Part shown: positions 39,747-49,608 of the stretch, piece after piece | How positions within the stretch are numbered: position 1 is the stretch's first letter | Layout of the letters: each line of letters opens with the position of its first letter | Assembly: GCA_903927505.1 (NCBI GenBank) | Contig: CAIYNF010000084.1 | Span: 4,577-68,576, forward strand | Direction: 5' to 3' | DNA from: an uncultured Bacteroidota bacterium | GTDB lineage: Bacteria > Bacteroidota > Bacteroidia > UKL13-3 | Length of the DNA stretch: 64,000 nt | Made by a program: the position numbers and the translations under genes | The notes under the pieces: model-generated | Seen by the model: only the letters and a program-made list of their open reading frames with translations | Told to the model about the DNA's origin: nothing | Databases searched by the model: none

Positions 39747-40523
39747 TTAAATAATTTGGGCATACTTTTCGAGTGACTTTTGAAATACTTCGCGTTTTCT
39801 GCGCGAAACTTCAACTTCGGCTCCATCCATCATCACAACAACTCCTCCTTCTCCTTTAATATATTTTGTTATGTATTTGAGGTTGATCAAATGAGAATGA
39901 TGTACCCTACAAAATCCATAATCTAATAGCAAATTTTCATAGTCTTTTAAGGTCTTTGAAACTAAAATTGGTTTCGGTTCTGAGCTAATATGAAACCAAG
40001 TGTAGTTTGCATCACTTTCACAGCGGGTAATTTCTTCTATAGGAATAAATACCGACCCTTCTGACGTTGGCAAAGATAATTTAAAATTTTGCTTATTTGT
40101 TGTTTTAAGGTTGGTAAGTAAATTATTTATTTGTTCTTGAGGGCTGTAAATTAGCGTCTTGCGTTTTTCAATAGTTTTTTCAATAGAGGTTCTTAGCTCG
40201 TCTGGGTCAATTGGTTTTAAGAGGTAGTCTATTGCACTGAATTTAATTGCCTTAATGGCATAAGAATCATAGGCAGTGGTAAAGATAACATCAAAAGTTC
40301 TGTTAGGGATTGCGGCCAGCAAATCGAATCCGTTTTTATAGGGCATTTCAACATCCAGGAGTACAAGGTCTGGACTCTCCTTTTCAATGATGGCAATTGC
40401 TTGATCAACATTTTCTGCTTCGCCAATTAGGCTAATCCCAGCTATGGGATTGAGCATAGCTTTAAGTGCATTTCTGCCTCTGGCTTCGTCCTCAACAATT
40501 AATATTTTAAAATTTTTAGTCAT
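39747..40523 (-). CDS. LytTR-family DNA-binding response regulator
   Basis: REC domain (ILIVEDE...DLVLLDVEMPYKNGFDLL) plus C-terminal LytTR domain (IPIEEITRCESDANYTWFHI...FCRVHHSHLINLKYI). Confidence 0.9.
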   Translation of the reverse strand: MTKNFKILIVEDEARGRNALKAMLNPIAGISLIGEAENVDQAIAIIEKESPDLVLLDVEMPYKNGFDLLAAIPNRTFDVIFTTAYDSYAIKAIKFSAIDYLLKPIDPDELRTSIEKTIEKRKTLIYSPQEQINNLLTNLKTTNKQNFKLSLPTSEGSVFIPIEEITRCESDANYTWFHISSEPKPILVSKTLKDYENLLLDYGFCRVHHSHLINLKYITKYIKGEGGVVVMMDGAEVEVSRRKREVFQKSLEKYAQII

Positions 40524-43500
40524 TGATAATTGGAATTTGCATAATTACCTTGGTGCCGCAAGCTAATTTATTTTTGTCATACAAGTCTAGGATTTCAATT
40601 TTTGGTTTCGACCCAAATAATTTTTGCAAGGTGGCCAAGCGGTCTTCTGTATTTTGAGCACCTTTGGAGTGGTGTAAATTGAGCTTATTTTTCTTTATTT
40701 CCATAGCTGCGGCTCGTCCAATGCCATTATCTTCAATAGTTACTTGGAGGAATTTGTCATCCAGTTTTTTTAATTGAATATTCAAGTGTTTTTCGCCTTT
40801 TTTTAATTGTAATCCGTGCCATATGGCATTTTCAATGTGGGGTTGAATAAGTAGCGTAGGAATTAAGGTGCTTGTATCAATTTCTGGGTCAATTTCGAAA
40901 TGATAGGTAAACGAATTGTTTAAGCGCAATAATTCTAATTCTAGGTATAAGGTTAGGAAATCTAATTTAGCTTGAATATTCACATAAGTTAATTCAGAAA
41001 TATCTAAAATCATGCGAATAAGTTTTGCAAATTTACTGAGATATTTAGCAGCTAATTGCCCCTCATTGTTTAATACAAAATCTTGAATTGAATTAAGTGA
41101 ATTAAAAATAAAATGAGGGTTCATTTGGGCACGAAGTGCTTTTAACTCTAGTTCTGCAATCATTTTATTTTTTTCGCTTTTTTCTTTTTCTTTTTCTATG
41201 GCAAAACGAGTTCTTGCCAAAATAGCAAAGGAAATAAATGCCCCTAAAATTATGGTCATTAGAGATTTGAACCACCATGATTGGTAAAATGGAGGGTAGA
41301 TGCTAAAGTATAATTTAGCTTCATGTTTACTCATATTGCCATTAGGATTTTTTGCTTTAACCCTAAAGATATAATCGCCAGGATTTAACTGTGCAAAACT
41401 CGCAAATCTTCTTTCGCCAATTTCTGTCCAATTTGATTGTAATCCCTCTAATTGGCAATAGAAATCATGTTTTCCATTGAGGTAATAATCCAAAGTAGTA
41501 AATTCTAATGAAATATAATTTTGTGCAGTTGGAATATTGTAATAGGGAGCATATTCCATTTTTTCATTAAAAACTGAAAGGTGCTTGATTTGTATTTCGC
41601 AGTCGTTGGTGTCAATTGGGATTTGTTTTGGATTAAAAAAATTGAAACCAGAAACACCACCAAAATAGAGCATGCCATTTTTTGTTTTTAAGCTGGCCGC
41701 TTCCACAAATTCGCTTCCCTGCACCCCATCATGTTTTTCGTGATTTATAATTTTAAAATTACTGGTATTTACTACAGACAAGCCCTTATTGGTGCTTACC
41801 CAGCAATTTTCTCCGTTAAAGTCCATTTGCATGGCATAGATCATGTTATTGCCAAGTCCATTTTCCGTATTTAGGTTTTTTATTTTACCATTATTTAATA
41901 AAATATAGATTCCTTCACCACCAGTACCCACCCAAAAATTGCCTTGTTTATCTGCTGATATGGTAGAGATAAATATTTGCTTTTTATTTTTTGTTAGAGG
42001 TATGAGTTTAAATTCATTTGTTTTACAATTGAAAAGATTTAACCCCAAAGCAGTGCAAACAAAGATTTCATTTTCATTTTTTCTATAGAGAAAGCGAATG
42101 TTATCTGTAGATAATTTAGAATTCCATATAGTATATTGTGCTAATGTTTGGTTTGTTTTTCTGTCAAATAAAAACAGTCCATCAGCACCCGCCATCCAAT
42201 AGGTATTATTTTTATTTGGGAGAATTGATTTGATATCACTTTCGAAGTTTTTTATTTTATTTTTTGTAATAATTTTTGTAATAATTTGATTACTTAAATT
42301 ATAGGAATAAAGTCCCATAGAGGTTCCAATTAAAAATTGATTTTTATTTGCTGTTTCAACCTTTATACAATTTCCTGCAAAACCTGTAGGCGTCCATTCG
42401 CTTAGCGTTTTATTATTGGGGTTAAAAAGGCCAATACCTCCCACCTTGTTTTGTATCAGTATGCGTCCATCTTGCGTTTCCTCAAAACTTAAAATTTCTT
42501 TACATTTAGCATATTGTGTTGCAATAGAGGGCGCAATTAAATTAAACTTATACCTAAATGGATGGTGAAGATTTAGCCCTCCAAAATTAGTTCCTACCCA
42601 TAAGTTTTTAGCACGGTCAACAAAGATACAATTGACTTCATTTTGTGATAAACTTTGGAATTCATCCACTTTGTGTTGCATTTGAAATTCATTTCCTAAA
42701 GTATCAAACACCAGAATTCCTTGCTCTGTTCCAATGAGGTAGTTTTCTTTGTAGAAAACAAATGAAGCGGGTTTTGTGAATTTAGAAAGGGTAATTGTTT
42801 TATCAATAATGATATTATTGCCAACTAATTTTCCATGATAAAAAACATTATCTGCTTCAATCCATGAAATTTGATTTTGGTTGCCAACTATAAAGTTTGT
42901 AATAAAATAATTTGGATGATAGGCACAGGCTATTAATTTGTTATTGAAGGGGTAATAAATAAAAAATTCTATTGATGTACTTATAATAATTTTCCCGTTA
43001 AATTGTATCTTTATATCTGTTATAGGCTCTTTAATGCCTTCATTGGTTATAGTGTTACTGTCAATATTATAGCGCCACAAGCCATTGTCTGATGCAATTA
43101 AAATATCCTTATTTAAGAGGCAAATTTTCCTAGGATTAATAATAGTATTTGGAGGAAATGTAAAAGAGTGATTTTTTTTATCCTTTAAATTAAAATAATG
43201 TATTTGTTCTTTGGTAAGAAATCCTACCTTGAAAAAATTCCCTTGAATTGCTATAATGGAGCCATCAAAATTATTTTGTTTTCCTGCTTCATAATAAGAT
43301 TCAAACTCAAATCCATCATAGCTTAATAAACCATTTGGGGTGCCAATCCACATGTATCCTTGTTGGTCTTGGTATATTGATGAAATGCTTATTTGGGGTA
43401 ATCCATTTTCTTCATTTAGGTGTTCAAAAGGATAATTTTGGCCCTTCAATTGAAATTGCACACCAATAAATAGAAGTATAAGAAGTATTTTTGTGCGCAC
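40516..43500 (-). CDS. Sensor histidine kinase with periplasmic two-component-regulator beta-propeller repeats, a Y_Y_Y domain and a LytS/YehU-type kinase core
   Basis: Repeated ...W(I/V)GT.NGL... propeller blades. One TM (WWFKSLMTIILGAFISFAIL). His_kinase motif QMNPHFIFNSLNSIQ, and the ATPase motifs HIENAIWHG and DNGIG. It overlaps the response-regulator gene by 8 nt. Start proposed at GTG 43500 (MRTKILLILLFIGVQFQLKGQ); the ORF is open to 43578. Confidence 0.85.
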   Translation of the reverse strand: MRTKILLILLFIGVQFQLKGQNYPFEHLNEENGLPQISISSIYQDQQGYMWIGTPNGLLSYDGFEFESYYEAGKQNNFDGSIIAIQGNFFKVGFLTKEQIHYFNLKDKKNHSFTFPPNTIINPRKICLLNKDILIASDNGLWRYNIDSNTITNEGIKEPITDIKIQFNGKIIISTSIEFFIYYPFNNKLIACAYHPNYFITNFIVGNQNQISWIEADNVFYHGKLVGNNIIIDKTITLSKFTKPASFVFYKENYLIGTEQGILVFDTLGNEFQMQHKVDEFQSLSQNEVNCIFVDRAKNLWVGTNFGGLNLHHPFRYKFNLIAPSIATQYAKCKEILSFEETQDGRILIQNKVGGIGLFNPNNKTLSEWTPTGFAGNCIKVETANKNQFLIGTSMGLYSYNLSNQIITKIITKNKIKNFESDIKSILPNKNNTYWMAGADGLFLFDRKTNQTLAQYTIWNSKLSTDNIRFLYRKNENEIFVCTALGLNLFNCKTNEFKLIPLTKNKKQIFISTISADKQGNFWVGTGGEGIYILLNNGKIKNLNTENGLGNNMIYAMQMDFNGENCWVSTNKGLSVVNTSNFKIINHEKHDGVQGSEFVEAASLKTKNGMLYFGGVSGFNFFNPKQIPIDTNDCEIQIKHLSVFNEKMEYAPYYNIPTAQNYISLEFTTLDYYLNGKHDFYCQLEGLQSNWTEIGERRFASFAQLNPGDYIFRVKAKNPNGNMSKHEAKLYFSIYPPFYQSWWFKSLMTIILGAFISFAILARTRFAIEKEKEKSEKNKMIAELELKALRAQMNPHFIFNSLNSIQDFVLNNEGQLAAKYLSKFAKLIRMILDISELTYVNIQAKLDFLTLYLELELLRLNNSFTYHFEIDPEIDTSTLIPTLLIQPHIENAIWHGLQLKKGEKHLNIQLKKLDDKFLQVTIEDNGIGRAAAMEIKKNKLNLHHSKGAQNTEDRLATLQKLFGSKPKIEILDLYDKNKLACGTKVIMQIPIIND

Positions 43501-43541
43501 TGTTATCGTATTTTGAAACCAAAATAATATTTTAATTTCCA

Positions 43542-44366
43542 ATGCAAAACTATATTTCATGTGATATTCAAGTTTCATCAGATCTGATGGACATATTAGT
43601 TGCCGAAATGGGTGATTTGGGCTTTGAGGGATTTATTGAAAATGAAAACGGTTTTGAGGCTTACTTGCCTGCTGCTGATTTTAAGGAGCAAGATTTAATA
43701 GCTTTGTTAGAAAACTATAATTTGCCAAGCGCTGCACTTCAAATTAAGGTGGTGGCACCACAAAATTGGAATGCAGATTGGGAGCGCAATTTTGAACCAG
43801 TTTGCATAGATACCACATTGCGTATTCGTGCGCCTTTCCACGCGCCTGACCCTGCTTTTCCTTTGGAATTATTGATCCAACCTAAAACATCATTTGGCAC
43901 AGGTCATCACGAAACCACCTATACCATCATGCGTTTGATGTTGGAAATGGAAATGCAGGGAAAGACTGTTTTTGATTATGGAAGTGGAACAGGTATTTTG
44001 GCCATATTGGCAATGAAATTAGGAGCACAAGAGGTTTTTGCCAATGATATCGACTTATGGGCAGCCGAAAATATTTATGAAAATATGGCCCTTAATGCGG
44101 TGGATGGAATTTCTTTTTTACAAGGTGATTTAAGTGTTGCCCCTGCTGGTCCTTATGATATTATTTTGGCCAATATCAATAAAAATATACTGCTCAGTAG
44201 TTTTGAAGGATTAAGACCCTTGCTAAAAGAGGCAGGTTGTTTGTTTATCAGTGGCTTTTATGATACAGATCTCACAGACCTACTAGCGGTTGCCAAGAAA
44301 CAAGGGTTTAAATTGGTGAAGCGGGTGAGTAAAAATAATTGGACAGCTGCGGAGTTTACTATTTAA
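43542..44366 (+). CDS. prmA: Ribosomal protein L11 methyltransferase
   Basis: PrmA pattern WERNFEPV...IQPKTSFGTGHHETT...DYGSGTGILAI...DIILANI. Confidence 0.9.
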   Translation: MQNYISCDIQVSSDLMDILVAEMGDLGFEGFIENENGFEAYLPAADFKEQDLIALLENYNLPSAALQIKVVAPQNWNADWERNFEPVCIDTTLRIRAPFHAPDPAFPLELLIQPKTSFGTGHHETTYTIMRLMLEMEMQGKTVFDYGSGTGILAILAMKLGAQEVFANDIDLWAAENIYENMALNAVDGISFLQGDLSVAPAGPYDIILANINKNILLSSFEGLRPLLKEAGCLFISGFYDTDLTDLLAVAKKQGFKLVKRVSKNNWTAAEFTI

Positions 44367-45392
44367 TTATTCGATGTAGGGGAATACAACTTCAGTTAAC
44401 CATTTACTTGTATCTGCTTCCATTTTGGGGTCAACCAAATAGAATTCCATTGGCGCTGCGCTGGGCTTTAAATTATTTTGAGCCAAGTATTCAAAACCTT
44501 TTTGGTAGATGGGGCTAATTTTATCATAAGCGCCATAATACTTTACAACAAGCCATTTGCCAGGAGCCAATTGCCCCGCTTTCATTGGCTCAGAAACACT
44601 CATAAGCTCTTCTGTAGCAATGGCCGCTTGCATGTCGTAAACATCTCCATAGGCTGAATAATTGATGGTAAATGGTACGCCTATTTCTTTTGCATTTTGA
44701 CTTTTTATTTGGGCTTGCAGCATTGCATAGTATTCGCCCAACTTTGGACCAATTTCTGCACCTTTTAATTTATTGCGAATGCCAATATAATTGTAGCCAA
44801 TAAAATCTCTTTTTTCGGATTCAAATTCTCCTACATAAATAAGTGGTGTAGCCTCCACCAATTTTTTGATGTTGTTTAAACCTTTTTCAAAATCAGGACC
44901 TACCATTTGATCCATCATTAAGAAAAAATATTTGCTAAATGGTCTGTAGAACATTGGAATTTTATCACTGTTGTTTTCAATGCTCCAGGTAATTTTGCTT
45001 GTTTCCTCATTTTGAATAAAGCTAAAGCTAACATTGGCAACACCAGATTCTCTGAATCGCATGAGGGCCTTGAGAAGGGTGTCTGGATAAGATTCTATTA
45101 TTTGCAGTGAACCTTCCCCTAATTGGGGATTATTACTTTTCCAAGAAAAGGAAGCGCCAGCACCTTCTGCAATGGCAGTGAAATTGAATTGGGCTGTAGA
45201 ATCTAATTGGTGCCAAGGACTCCATTTATTCCACTCTTTCAAATTGTTAACCAATTTAAAAGCTTGTTTGCATTGGCCCTTTATTTCAATAGAGCGCTCA
45301 ACCTTAACCGTATTGGGCAATACCAAGGAAACAAGTAGCAATAAAACAATAATTGCCGAAAGTGTAAGGAGGGTGTTTTTTAAAATTTTCAT
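44367..45392 (-). CDS. Membrane-anchored SRPBCC (polyketide cyclase/START-like) protein fused to a GyrI-like effector-binding domain
   Basis: N-terminal TM, then a VERSIEIKG...AFKLVNNLKEWNKWSPW SRPBCC start. The C-terminal half has the GyrI-like pattern (...YYGAYDKISPIYQKGFEYL...PMEFYLVDP). Confidence 0.6.
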   Translation of the reverse strand: MKILKNTLLTLSAIIVLLLLVSLVLPNTVKVERSIEIKGQCKQAFKLVNNLKEWNKWSPWHQLDSTAQFNFTAIAEGAGASFSWKSNNPQLGEGSLQIIESYPDTLLKALMRFRESGVANVSFSFIQNEETSKITWSIENNSDKIPMFYRPFSKYFFLMMDQMVGPDFEKGLNNIKKLVEATPLIYVGEFESEKRDFIGYNYIGIRNKLKGAEIGPKLGEYYAMLQAQIKSQNAKEIGVPFTINYSAYGDVYDMQAAIATEELMSVSEPMKAGQLAPGKWLVVKYYGAYDKISPIYQKGFEYLAQNNLKPSAAPMEFYLVDPKMEADTSKWLTEVVFPYIE

Positions 45393-45444
45393 ATAGTTAG
45401 GGTCAAAACAAAATACAAATGCAAAAATATGTTTTTTTAGTGCT

Positions 45445-46092
45445 TTAACTTAAGATTCCAACATAGGGATTGAATTTCTTTTCGTGTCCAACGCTTGTAA
45501 TTGGGCCATGTCCGGAATAAACTTTGGTTTCATCTGGCAGGGTAAAAATTACATTTTTAATGCTTTGAAATAATCTGTCTTGGTTTCCGCCAGGTAAATC
45601 GGTTCGGCCAATACTTTCATAAAATAGTGCATCTCCAGCTATTAAGGTATGAGAAAGCGGTTCATAAAAACTGAGGGAAGCAATGGAATGACCTGGAGTA
45701 AAAAGCGTTTTTAGGCCGGTATTGCCCAATTTAATTTCTTGGTTTTCTTCAATGAAAACAAGCTTTTCAGGGATTTCAAACTTAGGCAAACCAAACATGG
45801 CCGCCCACCTGTCGGTATCTTTGTAGGTGAATAATTCACCCTCATGTAAATGAAGTGCTAATTGGTATTTTTCTGCAATGAAAATATTGCCTAAAATATG
45901 ATCTATATGGCAGTGTGTATTGAGCAATAAGGAAGGTTGCAGCTGTTTAGTGGCAATAAAATCTGTCAACATTTTTTGCTCTGTAGCATTTGCACAACCT
46001 GGGTCGATGATGGCACATTGAAGGGATTCATCCCAAATCACATAGGTGTTTTCTTGAAAGTCGTTGAAAACAAAAGATTGTAGCTGTAACAT
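45445..46092 (-). CDS. MBL-fold metallo-hydrolase (glyoxalase II-like)
   Basis: THCHIDH metal motif, TPGHSIAS, and GDALFYESIGRTDLPGG; 215 aa. Confidence 0.85.
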   Translation of the reverse strand: MLQLQSFVFNDFQENTYVIWDESLQCAIIDPGCANATEQKMLTDFIATKQLQPSLLLNTHCHIDHILGNIFIAEKYQLALHLHEGELFTYKDTDRWAAMFGLPKFEIPEKLVFIEENQEIKLGNTGLKTLFTPGHSIASLSFYEPLSHTLIAGDALFYESIGRTDLPGGNQDRLFQSIKNVIFTLPDETKVYSGHGPITSVGHEKKFNPYVGILS

Positions 46093-46212
46093 GTTGCAAA
46101 AGTGCCTAATCCAAATGGTTTAGGAAACACTTTTTCTATTTTCACGCAATTTTTACTAAAATTTATTTCGGCATCTCGCGATTTTCCTGCAAATTTGGTA
46201 AGAATTTATTTG

Positions 46213-49200
46213 ATGCGTACCCAACTAAAAATAGGATTTTGGCTTTTCCTGCTTTCTTTATTGTCTATTGGGCAATTAAGGTCGCAAGGAATTAATACGC
46301 CATTTGGGCAAAATAGAATTCAATATGGGCGTTTTGATTGGAGTTTTTTAAGAACCGAAAACTACGATGCATTTTACTATTCAGGTGGAAGAGAGCTTGC
46401 CACTTTTTGTATTAAATACGCCGAGGCAAACATGCCCCTCATGGAAAAAATTCTTGATCACCGCTTGGGTGGTAGGATCGAAATAATTTGTTACAATACT
46501 TTAAGTGACCATAAACAAAGTAATTTTGGATTAGAAGAAATTGCCTTGAATACGGGTGGATATACCAATGTGGTAAACAACCGTATGCTGGTTTATTTTA
46601 ATGGCGACCATGCAGATTTAGCCCGACAAATAAAAGAAGGCTTGGCCTTGGTATTGTTAAACGAATTGCTTTATGGTGGTTCTTTGCAAGAGCGCATTCA
46701 AAATGCCGCCTTATTAAATTTACCGCAGTGGTATGTGCAGGGCCTAACCTCTTATTTATCGCAGTCGTGGGATGTTGACATGGATAACAAGATGAAGGAT
46801 GTTTTGCAAAGCAAAAAGAAGTTTAGGTTTAACAGGCTGTGCCAAAAAGATCCAATATTTGCAGGGCATTCTCTTTGGAAATATATCTCAGATAAGTATG
46901 AAGCGGATGTGATACCCAATATGGTATACATTACCAAGTTAACCAGAAATTATGAGAGCGCATTTTTGTATGTAACCAATTTAGATTTTAGAGATATTCA
47001 AAAAGATTATTTAGCATATTATCAAAATGCGTATGCAAAAGAGGCTAATTTGCTAGATGATTTTCCGAGCGATAAATTTAAAATAAAGAAACGCATTGCT
47101 CCCTATATTTTACCCGAGATGAAAGCCAGTCCGAAAGGGAATTATTTAGCGTATACATCCAATAAAAATGGAAAATTTAGAATTTGGTTAATGGATTTAA
47201 AGACAGGTAAAACCAAGGCTATTTTTAAGGGTGGATTAAAATACAACCAACTTATTATAGACCATTCTTTTCCTTTACTGGCGTGGCAATCGGGCGGTGA
47301 TAAGCTTGCCTATATATACGAAAAAAAGGCCCAAGTATACATGCGTACGGTAGATTTGGTTAACAAAAAAGAAGAAACTATTCGGTTTTTAAAGTTTGAT
47401 AAAATTATTGGTTTTGATTTCAGTGAAAATGGGAGAACAATTGTTTTGTCGGCCATTAGAAAAGGGCAAAGTGATTTGTATACCTATGATATTCCAACAA
47501 GAAAAGAACGCCAAATTACCTTTGATTTTTACGATGACATTGATCCTCGTTTTGTAGATTTTTCAACTAAAATTTTATTTAGTTCGAACCGAAAAAGAGA
47601 TTCATTGGGCGTTGGAATTAAGACGCAATTGGAGGAGGATAATAATTTTGATATTTTTCAATACGATTTAGAAACCAATAGCAGAAAATTAAAACGTTTA
47701 AGCAATACGCCGTTTATAAATGAAACCCAGGCCATTGATTATAATAGAAAATATTTTGCTTATTTGTCTGAGTATAATGGTGTGATAAACCGCTACGCAA
47801 CAAGGGTTGAGGAGGTTTATGATTTTACGGAAATCAATATTAAATATTTGGATAGCTTGCAAAAAAATAATGATACATTGGTTTATACAGATGCGCCAAC
47901 TTGGTCTGGTAAGACATTTACTTATCAAGGGAAAAATATTGTTTTAGATGCGCAAGTGGAGAGAATAGATACAATAGTACACCTAAAAGACATTGTGTAT
48001 ACGTATCCTTTAACTAATTATAAGAAGAATATTTTGGCGCATGATATTTCTGTGCAGGGTAAGTTGGTTTATGATTTGGTTTTAGATAAAGGCAAATACG
48101 TAATACATGCATCGCCCATCATTAAAAATGTGGAGACAGAATCTGAGCATGTTGAAACCTATCCCAATATGTACCGCTTAAAAACAGGCTATGCAACAGA
48201 ACCCTTTGTAGCTGGGCCGCTTGAGTTTAAAAGCGCTAAAGGCAATCCAGATGAGGTTCTTACACAAACGGAAGTGAAAGTGCCCATAGATACCAATGCG
48301 TATTTTTTTGTGAATGATTTTACCGAACCTGAATTTAAACGTCCTGCTTTTATCTTGGTTAACAAATCAAATGACAATTTGCTGAACCATAAAAATCTAA
48401 AAATAAATGCACCGCGTTATTATGATGTTACCTTTTTTACAGATAAAGTTGTAACACAATTAGACAATAGTATTATCAATACTTATTACCAACCCATTTC
48501 ACCAGCGGCACAACAAATGTTTAACCCAGGAATGAACATGATGTTTAAGTTGGGTATGATAGATTTGTTTGAAGATTACAGAATAACAGGTGGGCTACGT
48601 GTAGCCTTTGATTTATCTGGCTATGATTATTTTGCCAGTTTAGAAACACTAAAGAAAAGGCTCGATCACAAATTTGTTTTTTACCGCCAAAGCAGGTTAG
48701 GCGGCTCTCCTGAGCAGGTAAGTTATAAAAACCTATCGCATGAATTGCGTTATATTATAAAGATTCCATTTAGTCCTGTAAGTAGTTTTAGGGTGGCAAC
48801 TTTTTACAGACAGGACAGAGATATTATTCGTTCCTCCGATATTCCTACCTTAGATTCAAATGATAAAGTTACCAATTGGTTGGGCGGTAAATTGGAATAT
48901 GTTTTTGACAATACCATTCCCAAAGGAATGAATTTATGGAATGGAACACGTTTTAAAATTTTCTATGAACATTACAGTAATATGAGTAATTGGGATGTTC
49001 AGTTAAATACATTGGGATTTGATTTTAGGCATTACCAGAAAATTCACCGACAAATTATTTGGGCAACCCGGTTTAGTGCCAATACTTCTTTTGGTCCTGC
49101 AAGAGTTGTTTATTACCTAGGAGGTGTTGAGAATTGGTTGCCTGCGCGCTTTAACAATGAAATTGCTACAGCAAGCGATAGGAATTATATTTTTCAGGCC

Positions 49201-49608
49201 TTGGCTTGCAATTTACGTGGGTTTGAACAAAATATTAGAAATGGAAATTCCTTTGCTTTAATGAATATGGAAATCCGCGTGCCTTTATTTCAATATGCTT
49301 TGAACCGCACTTTGCGCAGTGATTTTTTAAACAATTTTCAAGTGGTTCCATTTTTTGATATGGGAACAGCTTGGGTGGGTTCAAATCCTTATAGCGATCA
49401 AAACACATTTAATCAGAAGGTTTTTGAAAATGGCCCTATAAAGGCAAAAGTAATTAATGTTCGCGACCCAATTGTAGCAGGGTTTGGTGGAGGATTGCGT
49501 TCTAAACTATTTGGTTATTTTGTTCGCTTTGATACCGCATGGGGAATTCAAGATGCAGAGGTTGCCAGCAAGCCACTTTATTATTTGTCGCTTAGTTTAG
49601 ATTTTTAA
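46213..49608 (+). CDS. Large outer-membrane protein: PD40 (TolB-like) propeller repeats fused to an Omp85/D15-type C-terminal beta-barrel
   Basis: Signal peptide MRTQLKIGFWLFLLSLLSIGQLRSQ. PD40-like repeats (SPKGNYLAYTSNKNGKFRIWLMDLKTGKTKAI; FSENGRTIVLSAIRKGQSDLYTYDI; ILFSSNRKRD). C-terminus LGGVENW..LRGF...FFDMGTAW...GFGGGLRSKLFGYFVRFDTAW...YYLSLSLDF ends in an aromatic residue. Confidence 0.6.
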   Translation: MRTQLKIGFWLFLLSLLSIGQLRSQGINTPFGQNRIQYGRFDWSFLRTENYDAFYYSGGRELATFCIKYAEANMPLMEKILDHRLGGRIEIICYNTLSDHKQSNFGLEEIALNTGGYTNVVNNRMLVYFNGDHADLARQIKEGLALVLLNELLYGGSLQERIQNAALLNLPQWYVQGLTSYLSQSWDVDMDNKMKDVLQSKKKFRFNRLCQKDPIFAGHSLWKYISDKYEADVIPNMVYITKLTRNYESAFLYVTNLDFRDIQKDYLAYYQNAYAKEANLLDDFPSDKFKIKKRIAPYILPEMKASPKGNYLAYTSNKNGKFRIWLMDLKTGKTKAIFKGGLKYNQLIIDHSFPLLAWQSGGDKLAYIYEKKAQVYMRTVDLVNKKEETIRFLKFDKIIGFDFSENGRTIVLSAIRKGQSDLYTYDIPTRKERQITFDFYDDIDPRFVDFSTKILFSSNRKRDSLGVGIKTQLEEDNNFDIFQYDLETNSRKLKRLSNTPFINETQAIDYNRKYFAYLSEYNGVINRYATRVEEVYDFTEINIKYLDSLQKNNDTLVYTDAPTWSGKTFTYQGKNIVLDAQVERIDTIVHLKDIVYTYPLTNYKKNILAHDISVQGKLVYDLVLDKGKYVIHASPIIKNVETESEHVETYPNMYRLKTGYATEPFVAGPLEFKSAKGNPDEVLTQTEVKVPIDTNAYFFVNDFTEPEFKRPAFILVNKSNDNLLNHKNLKINAPRYYDVTFFTDKVVTQLDNSIINTYYQPISPAAQQMFNPGMNMMFKLGMIDLFEDYRITGGLRVAFDLSGYDYFASLETLKKRLDHKFVFYRQSRLGGSPEQVSYKNLSHELRYIIKIPFSPVSSFRVATFYRQDRDIIRSSDIPTLDSNDKVTNWLGGKLEYVFDNTIPKGMNLWNGTRFKIFYEHYSNMSNWDVQLNTLGFDFRHYQKIHRQIIWATRFSANTSFGPARVVYYLGGVENWLPARFNNEIATASDRNYIFQALACNLRGFEQNIRNGNSFALMNMEIRVPLFQYALNRTLRSDFLNNFQVVPFFDMGTAWVGSNPYSDQNTFNQKVFENGPIKAKVINVRDPIVAGFGGGLRSKLFGYFVRFDTAWGIQDAEVASKPLYYLSLSLDF

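Noticed and set aside
43501-43578. N-terminal extension of the sensor kinase ORF that overlaps the prmA start by 37 nt.
   Set aside because: The extension (MKLEYHMKYSFALEIKILFWFQNTIT) precedes a much better start. GTG 43500 gives a classical signal peptide, MRTKILLILLFIGVQFQLKGQ, and removes the overlap. The overlap is probably an ORF-caller artefact.
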